From Brevibacterium luteolum (GTDB lineage: Bacteria; Actinomycetota; Actinomycetes; Actinomycetales; Brevibacteriaceae): 45,349 nucleotides of DNA. Positions 37,759 to 45,222 of the stretch are shown in pieces. The stretch spans positions 62,001-107,349 of the forward strand of contig NZ_JABEMC010000008.1 in assembly GCF_013004595.1 (NCBI RefSeq), given 5' to 3'. Each line of letters begins with the position of its first letter. Positions within the stretch are counted from its first letter, which is position 1. The position numbers and the translations under genes are program-made. A model generated the notes under the pieces. The model was not told the DNA's origin. It made no database searches and saw only the letters and a list, made by a program, of their open reading frames with translations.

Positions 37759-38877
37759 TCACGTGTCCCGTCGCTGCACCTCCTGGAACTCGGGTGCCGT
37801 CAGACTGCGGGCATAGGCATCGAGCGGTTCGGCGACGGGGATCTCCGTGGCGCCGGCGCCCATGTCGGTCAGCCGGCGGGCGGTGACGAGCAGGCGGCTC
37901 TCAACAGAGCCGACGAACCGGTTGTAGTCCTCCACACTGCGATTCATCGACTTGCCCAGCTGCACGATATGACCGGCCATCGTGCCGATGCGCCCATGCA
38001 GCTCCTGCGCGGTGGCCAGCAGCTCACGTGCTGAGCGGGCGAGCTCGTACTGACGCCAGCCAAGAGCGACTGTGCGCAGCAGAGCGACAAGGGTGGCCGG
38101 GGAAGCCGGGATGACGTCGACGGCGAAAGCCTCATCGAACAACCGCGGGTCCTCCTGCAGTGCCGCTGAGAGCGCGCCCTCATTCGGGACGAAGCAGACA
38201 ACGAAGTCCGGTGTCTGTTCGAAGGCGTTCCAGTATGCCTTCGAGGCCAGCGTGCGGATGTGGGAGCGCAGCCGTCCTGCCGGACCGGAGCCGTTGCCGG
38301 CACTGGTGTCCTGGCCGGGGTCGAGCGGGGCCTTGGCGTCGATGACGATCTGCCGGTCACCGGGGAGATGGACGACCATATCCGGGCGCAACCGCTCGCC
38401 GTTGCGGCCCTGGACGGTGACCTGGGAGTCGAAGTCGACGTGTTCGAGCATCCCGGCGGCCTCGACGACGCGTGTGAGCTGCAGCTCACCCCACGACCCG
38501 CGGGTGCCTGAGGCATTGAGCGCGGTCAGCAGGTTCGACGTCGAGGCCTGCAGCTGCGCATCGACCTGGCTCATATGCCCGAGCCGGGCATCGAGACGGG
38601 CGAACTGGTCGGTGCGCTCGCGCTCGAAGCCGGTGACATCGCTGTGCAGGCGATTCACCTGGGCGGCCAAGGGACCCATGAGTTCGGCGAGCTCATGCGT
38701 CATCCCGGCATCGGCCTCCAGGGCCTGGACGCGCTCGGAGTGCAGCCGCTCAGCCGTCTGCGCCTGCGCGAGGGCTGCTGCCATGCGCGAACGCGCCACT
38801 GTCGCACCGAGGAAGAAGCCTGCGACCGCTCCGATGAGGAGGACGAGGACGGTGATGAAGATCGTGGGTGCATCCAT
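37759..38877 (-). CDS. rmuC: DNA recombination protein RmuC
   Basis: N-terminal TM, coiled coil, RGSWGE.QL, RPD, IDAK.P, L..K.Y, FVP.E. Confidence 0.92.
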   Translation of the reverse strand: MDAPTIFITVLVLLIGAVAGFFLGATVARSRMAAALAQAQTAERLHSERVQALEADAGMTHELAELMGPLAAQVNRLHSDVTGFERERTDQFARLDARLGHMSQVDAQLQASTSNLLTALNASGTRGSWGELQLTRVVEAAGMLEHVDFDSQVTVQGRNGERLRPDMVVHLPGDRQIVIDAKAPLDPGQDTSAGNGSGPAGRLRSHIRTLASKAYWNAFEQTPDFVVCFVPNEGALSAALQEDPRLFDEAFAVDVIPASPATLVALLRTVALGWRQYELARSARELLATAQELHGRIGTMAGHIVQLGKSMNRSVEDYNRFVGSVESRLLVTARRLTDMGAGATEIPVAEPLDAYARSLTAPEFQEVQRRDT

Positions 38878-38997
38878 GCTCACAGTCAACCAGGAGCCAC
38901 GGACAACGGTGCCCGGTCACGGCTGCCGGCCACCGCCTCGGGCACGGGGGACTGGCCGGCATGCTGGCACCCAGGCCAGCGGCTACACTGGGGGATC

Positions 38998-40101
38998 GTG
39001 GCTTTAACTATCGGAATCGTCGGACTGCCCAATGTCGGCAAGTCGACCATGTTCAATGCATTGACCAAGAACCAGGTGCTGGCAGCGAACTACCCGTTCG
39101 CGACGATCGAGCCGAACATCGGCGTCGTCGAACTGCCCGACGAGCGGCTGACCCGGCTGGCCGAGATCTTCGGCTCAGCGAAGATCCTGCCGGCAACGGT
39201 GAACTTCGTCGACATCGCCGGCATCGTCCGCGGCGCCTCGGAGGGTGAGGGACTGGGCAACCAGTTCCTGGCCAACATCCGCGAAGCCGACGCGATCTGC
39301 CAGGTGATCCGCGGATTCAGTGATTCCGACGTCGTCCACGTTGACGGCAAGGTCAACCCGGCTGATGACATCGACACGATCAACACCGAGCTCATCCTCG
39401 CTGACCTGCAGACCCTGGAGAAGGCGCTGCCGCGCATCGAGAAGGAGGTCAAGCAGAAGCGGGCTGAACCCGAGGTGCTGGCCGCGATGCAGGGGGCACA
39501 CGGGATCCTGGAGGAAGGGCGCACCCTCTACCAGGCGATGCAGGCCGATGGGTTCGACGCCGCGCCGCTGCGCGAGCTGCAGCTCATGACGACCAAACCG
39601 TTCCTCTACGTCTTCAACGTCGATGACGATGTGCTGGCCGATGAGGCGAAGAAGGACGAGATGCGCGCACTCGTCGCCCCGGTCGAAGCGATCTTCCTCG
39701 ATGCGAAGTTCGAGTCCGAGCTCGCGGAGCTCGACGACGAGGAAGCCGCAGAGATGCTCGAGATGAGCGGACAGGACGAGGCCGGCCTCGACCAGCTCGC
39801 CCGCGTCGGCTTCAACACGCTCGGTCTGCAGACCTACCTGACTGCCGGGCCGAAGGAGGCGCGCGCGTGGACGATCCGCAAGGGTTGGACCGCGCCCGAG
39901 GCCGCCGGCGTCATCCACACTGATTTCCAGAAGGGCTTCATCAAGGCTGAGATCGTCTCCTTCGAGGACCTCGATGCGCTCGGTTCGATGGCCGAAGCGC
40001 GCGCGGCCGGCAAGGTGCGCATGGAGGGCAAGGACTATGTCATGGCCGACGGCGACGTCGTCGAGTTCCGAACTGGGCTAACGTCTGGAGGTAAAAAGTG
40101 A
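38998..40101 (+). CDS. ychF: Ribosome-binding ATPase YchF (Obg family) with atypical C-terminal tail
   Basis: GIVGLPNVGKST, NYPFATIEPN, DIAG, AGVIHTDF, EGKDYVMADGDVVEFR; GTG start at 38998. Confidence 0.97.
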   Translation: MALTIGIVGLPNVGKSTMFNALTKNQVLAANYPFATIEPNIGVVELPDERLTRLAEIFGSAKILPATVNFVDIAGIVRGASEGEGLGNQFLANIREADAICQVIRGFSDSDVVHVDGKVNPADDIDTINTELILADLQTLEKALPRIEKEVKQKRAEPEVLAAMQGAHGILEEGRTLYQAMQADGFDAAPLRELQLMTTKPFLYVFNVDDDVLADEAKKDEMRALVAPVEAIFLDAKFESELAELDDEEAAEMLEMSGQDEAGLDQLARVGFNTLGLQTYLTAGPKEARAWTIRKGWTAPEAAGVIHTDFQKGFIKAEIVSFEDLDALGSMAEARAAGKVRMEGKDYVMADGDVVEFRTGLTSGGKK

Positions 40102-40189
40102 CAAAATCACGCAACCTGCACGCCAGGGTCCGCAACTTCATCGACGGAGAGGTCAGCCACATATGGGCGTGTGAGCTGGGGGCTCCTCG

Positions 40190-41977
40190 ATGATCAAATC
40201 TGCCAACCAGTATCCGGTGCACACGCTGTTCAGTCACGAAGGCAACGTGCTTTACCGGATCCCGCCCTACCAGCGCGAGTACTCCTGGTATAAGTCCCAC
40301 TGGGAAGACCTGTTCGAAGATCTCATCGAGGCCGAGGGCGCGCACTTCCTGGGCACCATCATCACGCTCGACCAGACCACGGACACGCTCGAGGGCAACA
40401 TCCTGCAGGTCATCGATGGGCAGCAGCGACTGACGACGCTCACCTTGTTGTTGGCCGCCGTCTATTCGGTACTCAAGGAACACTTCGACGATCTCGACGA
40501 GGACACACGAACGGACGTCATCAACCTCGGTCGGCAGTTGGTGCGGAAAGCAGACCAGCAGCCGAGGGTGACACCGCAGAAACAGGGCCACAACCTCTCC
40601 GACTTCCGCAAGGTGCTCGAGGAAGCCGGCTTGCCGGTGGAGGGAGAATGGAAGCCGTACTTCCCCAGCCGCAGGATTGCCAAGTGCTACCGCTACTTCC
40701 GCTCCGCGATCCAGAGGCTCGCCGAGACTGAGGAGATCACACAGCCGGAGGCGGCCCTGCGGGTGCATGAGGCGGCCCTACAGGCGGTGATCGTGAAGAT
40801 TGAGGTGGCCAACCACGCCGACGCCTTCGTGCTGTTCGAGTCCCTGAACAACCGCGGGATGCCCCTCTCGCCGGTGGACCTGATCAAGAACCACCTTCTC
40901 GCCGAGTCGGAGAAGAAGCAGATCATGGACGTCGACGAGGCGTTCAAACACTGGAACGACATGCTGACCAGCCTCGGTGACAGCTACTCCACCCAGGAGC
41001 GCTTCCTCCGCCAGTACTACAACGCGTTCAAGTCAGAGCTGCCCGAAGTCTCAAACGCCTCGGTCGCCACGAAGTCCAACCTGATCAGGGTCTACGAGAA
41101 GATTCTCGAGCAGGGCCTCAAACGCGTCGTCGATTCGCTGGTGACGGCGAGCAAGATCTACGGGCGAATCAACTGCGTCGTTGAACTCGATCAGCCGACA
41201 ACCCTTGACAGGTCGTTCCAGCGCCTGATGCGCGCTCAGGGCGCGCCGTCCTACGTGCTCCTCATGTGGCTGATATCGAAGCAGTCCGATCTGGCTCTGA
41301 CAGATGCACACATCGAGACGGTCGTAGACCGCCTCACGAGCTTCTTTGTCCGACGCAACCTAACGGGATACCCGCAGACGTATGCACTGGCGAAGCTGTT
41401 TATGACGACCATCGACGCTGTGGGTGATGCCCGAGGTGACGAGGTGGTGGTGATCGTCGAGGAGAAGCTAAGTGCGGCCTCAGTGTCCGACGAGGAGTTC
41501 CGCACCCGCCTCCTGGGGCGAATCTACGAGGAGAACAGCGACGTCGCCCGGTTCGTCCTCGCGACGCTGGCCGAGGACGCCATGACCAAGGAGACGCGCA
41601 TCGACCTGTGGCGCCAGGAAAAGAACCGTTTCGTTTGGACGATCGAGCACATCCTCCCGCAGGGCGAGAACCTTCCGGCTGAGTGGCAGGAGATGCTCGG
41701 GGGTGAGGAGGTCGCTGCCCAGGTTCAGGAGGAGCACAAGCATAGGCTCGGCAACCTCACCATTACCGCGTATAACAGCAACCTCAGCAACAAGTCTTTC
41801 CTTGAGAAGCGCGACCGCCAGGACTCGAAGGGCAGGCGTATCGGCTATCGAAACGGCCTGTCACTGAACGCTGACCTGGCCACGAGGGAGTCTTGGACCC
41901 CTAATGACATCGAGAATCGCACCGAAGAATTGGCGGAACGGGTGATACAGCGCTTCCCACTGGCCATTGTCAGATAA
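40190..41977 (+). CDS. DUF262 + DUF1524(HNH) protein, GmrSD/SspE-like putative defence nuclease
   Basis: IPPYQREYSW, IDGQQRLTT, FESLNNRG (DUF262); IEHILPQ, LGNLT, NSNLSNKSF (DUF1524/HNH). Confidence 0.9.
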   Translation: MIKSANQYPVHTLFSHEGNVLYRIPPYQREYSWYKSHWEDLFEDLIEAEGAHFLGTIITLDQTTDTLEGNILQVIDGQQRLTTLTLLLAAVYSVLKEHFDDLDEDTRTDVINLGRQLVRKADQQPRVTPQKQGHNLSDFRKVLEEAGLPVEGEWKPYFPSRRIAKCYRYFRSAIQRLAETEEITQPEAALRVHEAALQAVIVKIEVANHADAFVLFESLNNRGMPLSPVDLIKNHLLAESEKKQIMDVDEAFKHWNDMLTSLGDSYSTQERFLRQYYNAFKSELPEVSNASVATKSNLIRVYEKILEQGLKRVVDSLVTASKIYGRINCVVELDQPTTLDRSFQRLMRAQGAPSYVLLMWLISKQSDLALTDAHIETVVDRLTSFFVRRNLTGYPQTYALAKLFMTTIDAVGDARGDEVVVIVEEKLSAASVSDEEFRTRLLGRIYEENSDVARFVLATLAEDAMTKETRIDLWRQEKNRFVWTIEHILPQGENLPAEWQEMLGGEEVAAQVQEEHKHRLGNLTITAYNSNLSNKSFLEKRDRQDSKGRRIGYRNGLSLNADLATRESWTPNDIENRTEELAERVIQRFPLAIVR

Positions 41978-41983
41978 AGTATC

Positions 41984-42019
41984 AATGGTGACGCGGTTGA
42001 GTTCAGGTTTAACGTGTAG
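41984..42019 (+). repeat. Displaced copy of the ychF 3' end (att-like site)
   Basis: aat ggt gac gcg gtt gag ttc agg ttt aac gtg tag = NGDAVEFRFNV-stop; aligns to ychF 40048-40071 (DGDVVEFR). Confidence 0.85.
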
Positions 42020-42060
42020 CGTTATTGACGCTGTGCGTTATTGGTGGGTATGGTTAAGTT
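42018..42060 (+). promoter_or_regulatory. higBA promoter and putative operator
   Basis: TTGACG (42025-30), 18-nt spacer, TATGGT (42049-54), 6 nt to GTG; palindrome AGCGT-N5-ACGCT (42018-32); gcgttattg repeated twice. Confidence 0.6.
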
Positions 42061-42342
42061 GTGATCCAGTCATTCGCCGACAAGGACACCGAGCGACTTT
42101 GGAATCGAGAGCGGGCGCGTTCAATCGATTCCCGAATCCACTCAGTGGCGTTGAGGAAACTGCGCCAGCTCGGTTACGCGCAGAGTCTCGAAGATTTGCG
42201 GATTCCGCCAGGTAACCGTCTCGAAACACTTAAGGGCGATCGCGCGGGTCAGCACAGTATCCGTATCAACGACCAGTGGCGGATTTGCTTTCGGTGGACC
42301 GTTGCTGGGCCAGAGGAGGTTGAGATCGTTGACTACCACTGA
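42061..42342 (+). CDS. higB: HigB (RelE/ParE superfamily) toxin
   Basis: MIQSFADK.TE, LRIPPGNRLE.LKGDR.GQHSIRINDQWRICF, VDYH. Confidence 0.95.
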   Translation: MIQSFADKDTERLWNRERARSIDSRIHSVALRKLRQLGYAQSLEDLRIPPGNRLETLKGDRAGQHSIRINDQWRICFRWTVAGPEEVEIVDYH

Positions 42343-42631
42343 CAAGCTCCCTCCGGTTCATCCCGGAGAAGTCCTCATGGAGGACTTTCTTAAAGACATG
42401 GGTATTACACAGCACAAGCTCGCCGTCTCCATCGGAGTTCCGCCTCGCAGGATCAACGAGATCGTCCATGGTAAGCGTGCGATCACCGCTGACACTGCAC
42501 TTCGGTTGGCGAAGTTCTTTGGTATAAGCCCGCAGTTCTGGCTTGGGCTGCAGACTCAGTACGACCTTGATGTGGCAGAAGACAAGATCTTTCCCGAAAT
42601 CGAGCAGATTCAAACCATCGAAGTTGCCTGA
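42329..42631 (+). CDS. higA: HigA antitoxin
   Basis: PVHPGEVL.EDFL, RINEIVHGKRAITADTALRL, FWLGLQ; TTG start with GGAGGT, overlapping the higB 3' end. Confidence 0.93.
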   Translation: MTTTDKLPPVHPGEVLMEDFLKDMGITQHKLAVSIGVPPRRINEIVHGKRAITADTALRLAKFFGISPQFWLGLQTQYDLDVAEDKIFPEIEQIQTIEVA

Positions 42632-42671
42632 ATAAGAAACAGGCGATCCCACTCGGCGAGATCGAGGAGTT

Positions 42672-42713
42672 GACGGAGGTGCCGAGAATGTCAAACTTGG
42701 CGACTACCACTGA
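42672..42713 (+). pseudogene. 3' remnant of a second higB toxin
   Basis: gac gga ggt gcc gag aat gtc aaa ctt ggc gac tac cac tga = DGGAENVKLGDYH-stop, paralleling AGPEEVEIVDYH-stop of the intact HigB. Confidence 0.65.
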
Positions 42714-43008
42714 AGCCGATGTGATCGAGCCGATTCATCCGGGCGAGGTCCTCATGGCGGACTTCATCAAGGGGCTCGGAATCACGCAGAACAGGCTTGC
42801 CGTCTCGATCGGTGTTCCGCCTCGTCGAATCAATGAGATCGTGCACGGAAAGCGTGGAATCACTGCCGATACTGCAATTCGTTTGGCGCGATACTTCAGG
42901 ACTTCCGACGAATTCTGGATGAACCTGCAGTTGAACTACGAGTTGAGGCGCGGGCGTCTTGCGCTGCGTGATCAGGTTGCCGAGACCAAACCCCTTGAAC
43001 TTGCCTGA
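42688..43008 (+). CDS. higA: Second (orphan) HigA antitoxin
   Basis: EPIHPGEVL, SIGVPPRRINEIVHGKRGITADTAIRL, FWMNLQ; GGAGGT before ATG 42688. Confidence 0.9.
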   Translation: MSNLATTTEADVIEPIHPGEVLMADFIKGLGITQNRLAVSIGVPPRRINEIVHGKRGITADTAIRLARYFRTSDEFWMNLQLNYELRRGRLALRDQVAETKPLELA

Positions 43009-43114
43009 CGATAGGTTCGAGTGAGATCGTTCGACGATGGTCGTGGTCGCTTTGCCAGAACTGCGAGTCATCATGCTCATTGCAGTGTCAGCTGCTCGGT
43101 CTGATACTTGAGCC

Positions 43115-43427
43115 ATGACGATCGGGAAAGTGTCCGACGACCGGTTTGATCGGCACACGACTCAAGACCTTGCTTACCGCGTCCGAGTGCGCGTCATCAC
43201 GCCGAACGCGCTGGACTGCGTGGGCGCGCATCGTTGAAGAATACGGTTCTGACGGTGAGGGCGTTGTGCCCATCGGCGGGGCCGCGCTCATTCGAGTGAA
43301 TGACTGCGAGGCCGAAGCCATCAGCGGGGGAGAAGACGCTCTTGACTCGCTCGAGTGGGCGGTCAATGACGTCCTCGGGGAACCCCACCCTTCGACTAAA
43401 CCCCTCAGAAGGTCCTGTGGGTGTTGA
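43115..43427 (+). pseudogene. Possible frameshifted small hypothetical gene
   Basis: ATG 43115 follows a GATACT -10-like hexamer and reads 40 codons. A second frame continues with protein-like acidic sequence (WARIVEEY...LEWAVNDVLG). No family recognised. Confidence 0.25.
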
Positions 43428-43570
43428 GATCACAGCGGTAGACCACCTCGTGTTCAAACTGCTCCGACGTCCGTTCCACTGCCGAGTGGTACCAACGCGC
43501 CCTCGGCGTCGAGGTTGAAACTCACGATGACCCTTGCCTCCAGCTGGGTCGGTGGCTGACTGCTCTCTAA
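43417..43570 (+). pseudogene. Frameshifted, truncated VOC/glyoxalase-family gene
   Basis: VEITAVDHLVF then, after removing one A in ttcaaactgc, NCSDVRSTAEWYQRALGVEV, a typical VOC N-terminal motif. Confidence 0.6.
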
Positions 43571-43915
43571 GTTGGGCGCGAAGGTCGTCATCATCTCCGG
43601 TGCCGCGGTCACGACCGCAGGCCTCCTCTTTCTCCAGGGGCTGGCAGTGGACTCGTCTTACACCGCCGTACTCTTTCCCGCGCTGATCCTTGTCGGTTTC
43701 GGCATGGGTACAGTCTTCACAGCGGCAATCGCGACGGCAACGACGGGTGTCGACCTCGCCGACGTCGGCGTCGCCTCAGCGACCGTCAACATGGTCCAGC
43801 AGATCGGCGGCTCTATCGGCATCGCCCTATTCATTGGCCTTTATGCCTCCGCCGTGGCGCGACGCATCGCAGCGACGGGAGCCGGCGCCGCAGAGGCAAC
43901 TGTCCATGGCTACTA
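43560..43915 (+). pseudogene. C-terminal fragment of a DHA2/EmrB-QacA-like MFS transporter
   Basis: Hydrophobic helices with GFGMG, GVASATVN..QQIGGSIG and VHGY; no N-terminal half. Confidence 0.75.
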
Positions 43916-44148
43916 TTTCCCGCCCTGCGGGGAGACGCCGAATACAACGCGATCAGCAACATCATGGACCCGCTCATGGGGCCTGCGGCTATTTCACTGG
44001 CCACAAGCAACATCGGGTTCGTGGCTGAGCGATTTCCGTCTCTTTCCACATGGTCAAAATAGACCTCATCAGCCGGTCAGAACCAAGGCTCTGAAAATGA
44101 ACGCAGTGTCAAGCCCCGGGTTTCGTAGAGGCTCCTTTTCTTGGTTTC

Positions 44149-45072
44149 CTAAGCGGCCGCGAGTTCTGTCGTGGACTGGTTGATCCATTCGGAATGGACC
44201 TCGAACGGTGGTCGGTGCCCGATCGCTGAGTGCAGTCGGGTCTGGTTGTACCAAGCCACCCACTTCGACGTCTCCGCCATCACCTCAATCAACCCCGACC
44301 ACGCTTTCCGGTCGATAAGCTCGGCCTTGTAGACCGAGTTCAGCGCCTCCGCCATGGCGTTGTCATACGAGTCCCCACGCGACCCCACAGATGCCACGAC
44401 CTTGGACTCCGCCAGGGTCTCGCCATAGCGAATCGACCGGAATTGCACCCCGCGATCCGAGTGGTGGACGAGCCCGGAGACGTCTTCGCCGGCCCGGTAT
44501 TTCGCAGCCAGAGCCATGGTGAGTGCGTCCCGGGCCAGGGACTCTCGCATATGGTTCGTCACCTGCCAGCCGACGATCTCCCGGTGGAAGACATCGAGGA
44601 TGAATGTCGTGTACACCCACCCAGCAGACGTCGGAACATAGGTGATGTCCGCGACCCATAAGCAATTGGGTGCCGGTGCCGCGAACTCACGCTCGACAAG
44701 ATCATCCGGACACTCCTCAGCCCTAGCCGAAGCCGTCTTCGGGCGCTTCCTCCTGCGTCGGATCCCGTCGATGCCTAACAGGCGCATCAACCGCTCCACC
44801 GTGCAGCGGGCCACCGGACCGAACTGATCGGCGTACTCGCGGTTGATCGCCTTCCACATCTTCCGCACCCCATAACAGGAATAGTTCGCCTCATAGACAT
44901 CCTGGATGATCACCATCAGCGCCTGGTCCCGGCGGGCTCTGGCTGATGGTTGACGCTTCTTGTAGGCGTAATACGAGCTCACAGCAATCCGTGCCGCAGT
45001 CCCGGACAGGGCGCGCACGATTGGCTCGACTCCGAACTCGTGACGATTGTCATCAATGAAGGCGACAATCAC
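44149..45072 (-). CDS. IS3-family transposase OrfB (DDE)
   Basis: YGVRKMW, WVADITY, HHSDRG.Q, DNAMAE..N..YK.E, WYN..RLHS. Confidence 0.95.
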   Translation of the reverse strand: MIVAFIDDNRHEFGVEPIVRALSGTAARIAVSSYYAYKKRQPSARARRDQALMVIIQDVYEANYSCYGVRKMWKAINREYADQFGPVARCTVERLMRLLGIDGIRRRRKRPKTASARAEECPDDLVEREFAAPAPNCLWVADITYVPTSAGWVYTTFILDVFHREIVGWQVTNHMRESLARDALTMALAAKYRAGEDVSGLVHHSDRGVQFRSIRYGETLAESKVVASVGSRGDSYDNAMAEALNSVYKAELIDRKAWSGLIEVMAETSKWVAWYNQTRLHSAIGHRPPFEVHSEWINQSTTELAAA

Positions 45073-45221
45073 TTCGATGGGCGGTCGAGCTCCGCCGCGA
45101 AGAAAGCCGACGCTCTCTTCAAGATCTCGTTGGCCCGTTTCGCTTCGGCCAGCTCAGCCCGCAAACGGCGATTCTCCGCTTCCAAATCCACGGATTCAGT
45201 CGGTGTGGCCTTACCGGAGTC
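45069..45221 (-). pseudogene. C-terminal part of IS3 OrfA
   Basis: DSGKATPTESVDLEAENRRLRAELAEAKRANEILKRASAFFAAELDRPSK-stop; TGA overlaps the OrfB GTG (-1 frame). Confidence 0.88.
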
Positions 45222-45222
45222 C

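Larger units (their letters stand above)
44107..45222 (-). mobile_element. IS3-family insertion sequence, left part interrupted
   Basis: Terminal TGTCAAGCCCCGGGTTTCGTAGAG at 44107; OrfB and a partial OrfA present. Confidence 0.88.

Noticed and set aside
38575..38997. N-terminal extensions in the ORF track for ychF (also xseA, the prenyltransferase, the kinase, DUF2505 and the HTH protein)
   Set aside because: The extensions overlap neighbouring genes or lack homology. RBS or -10 signals support the shorter starts.
43916..44183. C-terminal part of the 203-aa ORF 43572..44183 as a real protein
   Set aside because: MFS similarity ends near 43915, and the frame then runs through unrelated DNA into the IS end.
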